Positions 63,479-64,000 of a stretch of 64,000 nucleotides of DNA are shown here, piece by piece. The notes under the pieces were generated by a model. The model was given only the letters and a program-made list of their open reading frames with translations. It was not told the DNA's origin and made no database searches. Made by a program: the position numbers and the translations under genes. The stretch comes from Octopus sinensis (taxonomy: Eukaryota): contig NC_043020.1 of NCBI RefSeq assembly GCF_006345805.1, positions 2,604,001 to 2,668,000 of the forward strand. The letters run 5' to 3'. Numbering within the stretch: the stretch's first letter is position 1; each line of letters starts with the position of its first letter.

Positions 63479-63860
63479 GGAGGCGCAATGGCCCAGTGGT
63501 TATGGCAGCGGACTCGCGGTCGTAGGATCGCGGTTTCGATTCCCAGACCGGGCGTTGTGAGTGTTTATTGAGCGAAAACACCTAAAAGCTCCACGAGGCT
63601 CCGGCAGGGATGGTGGTGATCCCTGCTGTACTCTTTCACCACAACTTTCTCTCACTCTTACTTCCTGTTTCTGTTGTACCTGTATTTCAAAGGGCCGGCC
63701 TTGTCACTCTCTGTGTCACGCTGAATATCCCCGAGAACTACATTAAGGGTACATGTGTCTGTGGAGTGCTCAGCCACTTACACGCTAATTTCACGAGCAG
63801 GCTGTTCCGTTGATCGGATCAACCGGAACCCTCGTCGTTCGTAACCGACGGAGTGCTTCC
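63479..63860 (+). mobile_element. SINE with head H1 and tail T2
   Basis: First about 180 nt match 47987; the 3' half instead matches the tail of the 42082-42412 SINE. Confidence 0.8.
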
Positions 63861-64000
63861 ATCCCAAATATATTTTATCAACCCCAAAAAGATGAAAGAC
63901 AAAGTCAGTCTCAACGAAATTGGAACTCAGAACATGAAGACAGATGAAACACTGCAAAGTATTTTGTCCAGTTAACCGTTCTGCAAGATCTCTTCCTTTA

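Noticed and set aside
922-63813. Dozens of ORFs such as ...[32 protein letters not shown]..., MLFTCHRH..., and poly-YI/HT/M/H/F ORFs
   Set aside because: They are recurrent translations of the SINEs, the RTE 3'UTR and microsatellites, with no splice or homology support.

Overview
AT-rich, repeat-saturated eukaryotic genomic DNA, most likely from an octopus (coleoid cephalopod). That assignment is inferred from my recognition of the SINE/RTE families and the microsatellite load; it is not database-verified. Two protein-coding genes lie head-to-head about 9.4 kb apart. INTS13/asunder is on the minus strand, with 4 coding exons from 9538 down to 2465, and apparently continues past the left edge. 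A complete coactosin-like gene (COTL1) is on the plus strand, with 4 coding exons at 18916-57894 encoding 143 aa. Neither gene is fully visible in the ORF track; both were assembled by hand from GT-AG exons. The rest is tRNA-derived SINEs, decayed LINEs (RTE, CR1, R4/Dong-like, L1/Tx1-like, Penelope-like), DD34D and DD37D Tc1/mariner remnants, Helitron pieces, MITEs and long microsatellites, plus a 100-N gap next to the COTL1 promoter. Nearly all other ORFs in the track are repeat artefacts. There is no CRISPR array, rRNA or true tRNA. The most interesting signals are RNA-level: Penelope-linked minimal hammerhead ribozymes sharing a non-canonical CUGU core, a hairpin covering an INTS13 splice donor, a candidate poison microexon or recursive splice site in COTL1, several long intronic foldbacks, an orphan exon, and retroelement relationships (an R4/Dong-like element inserted into a CR1 tail; modular SINE heads and tails).
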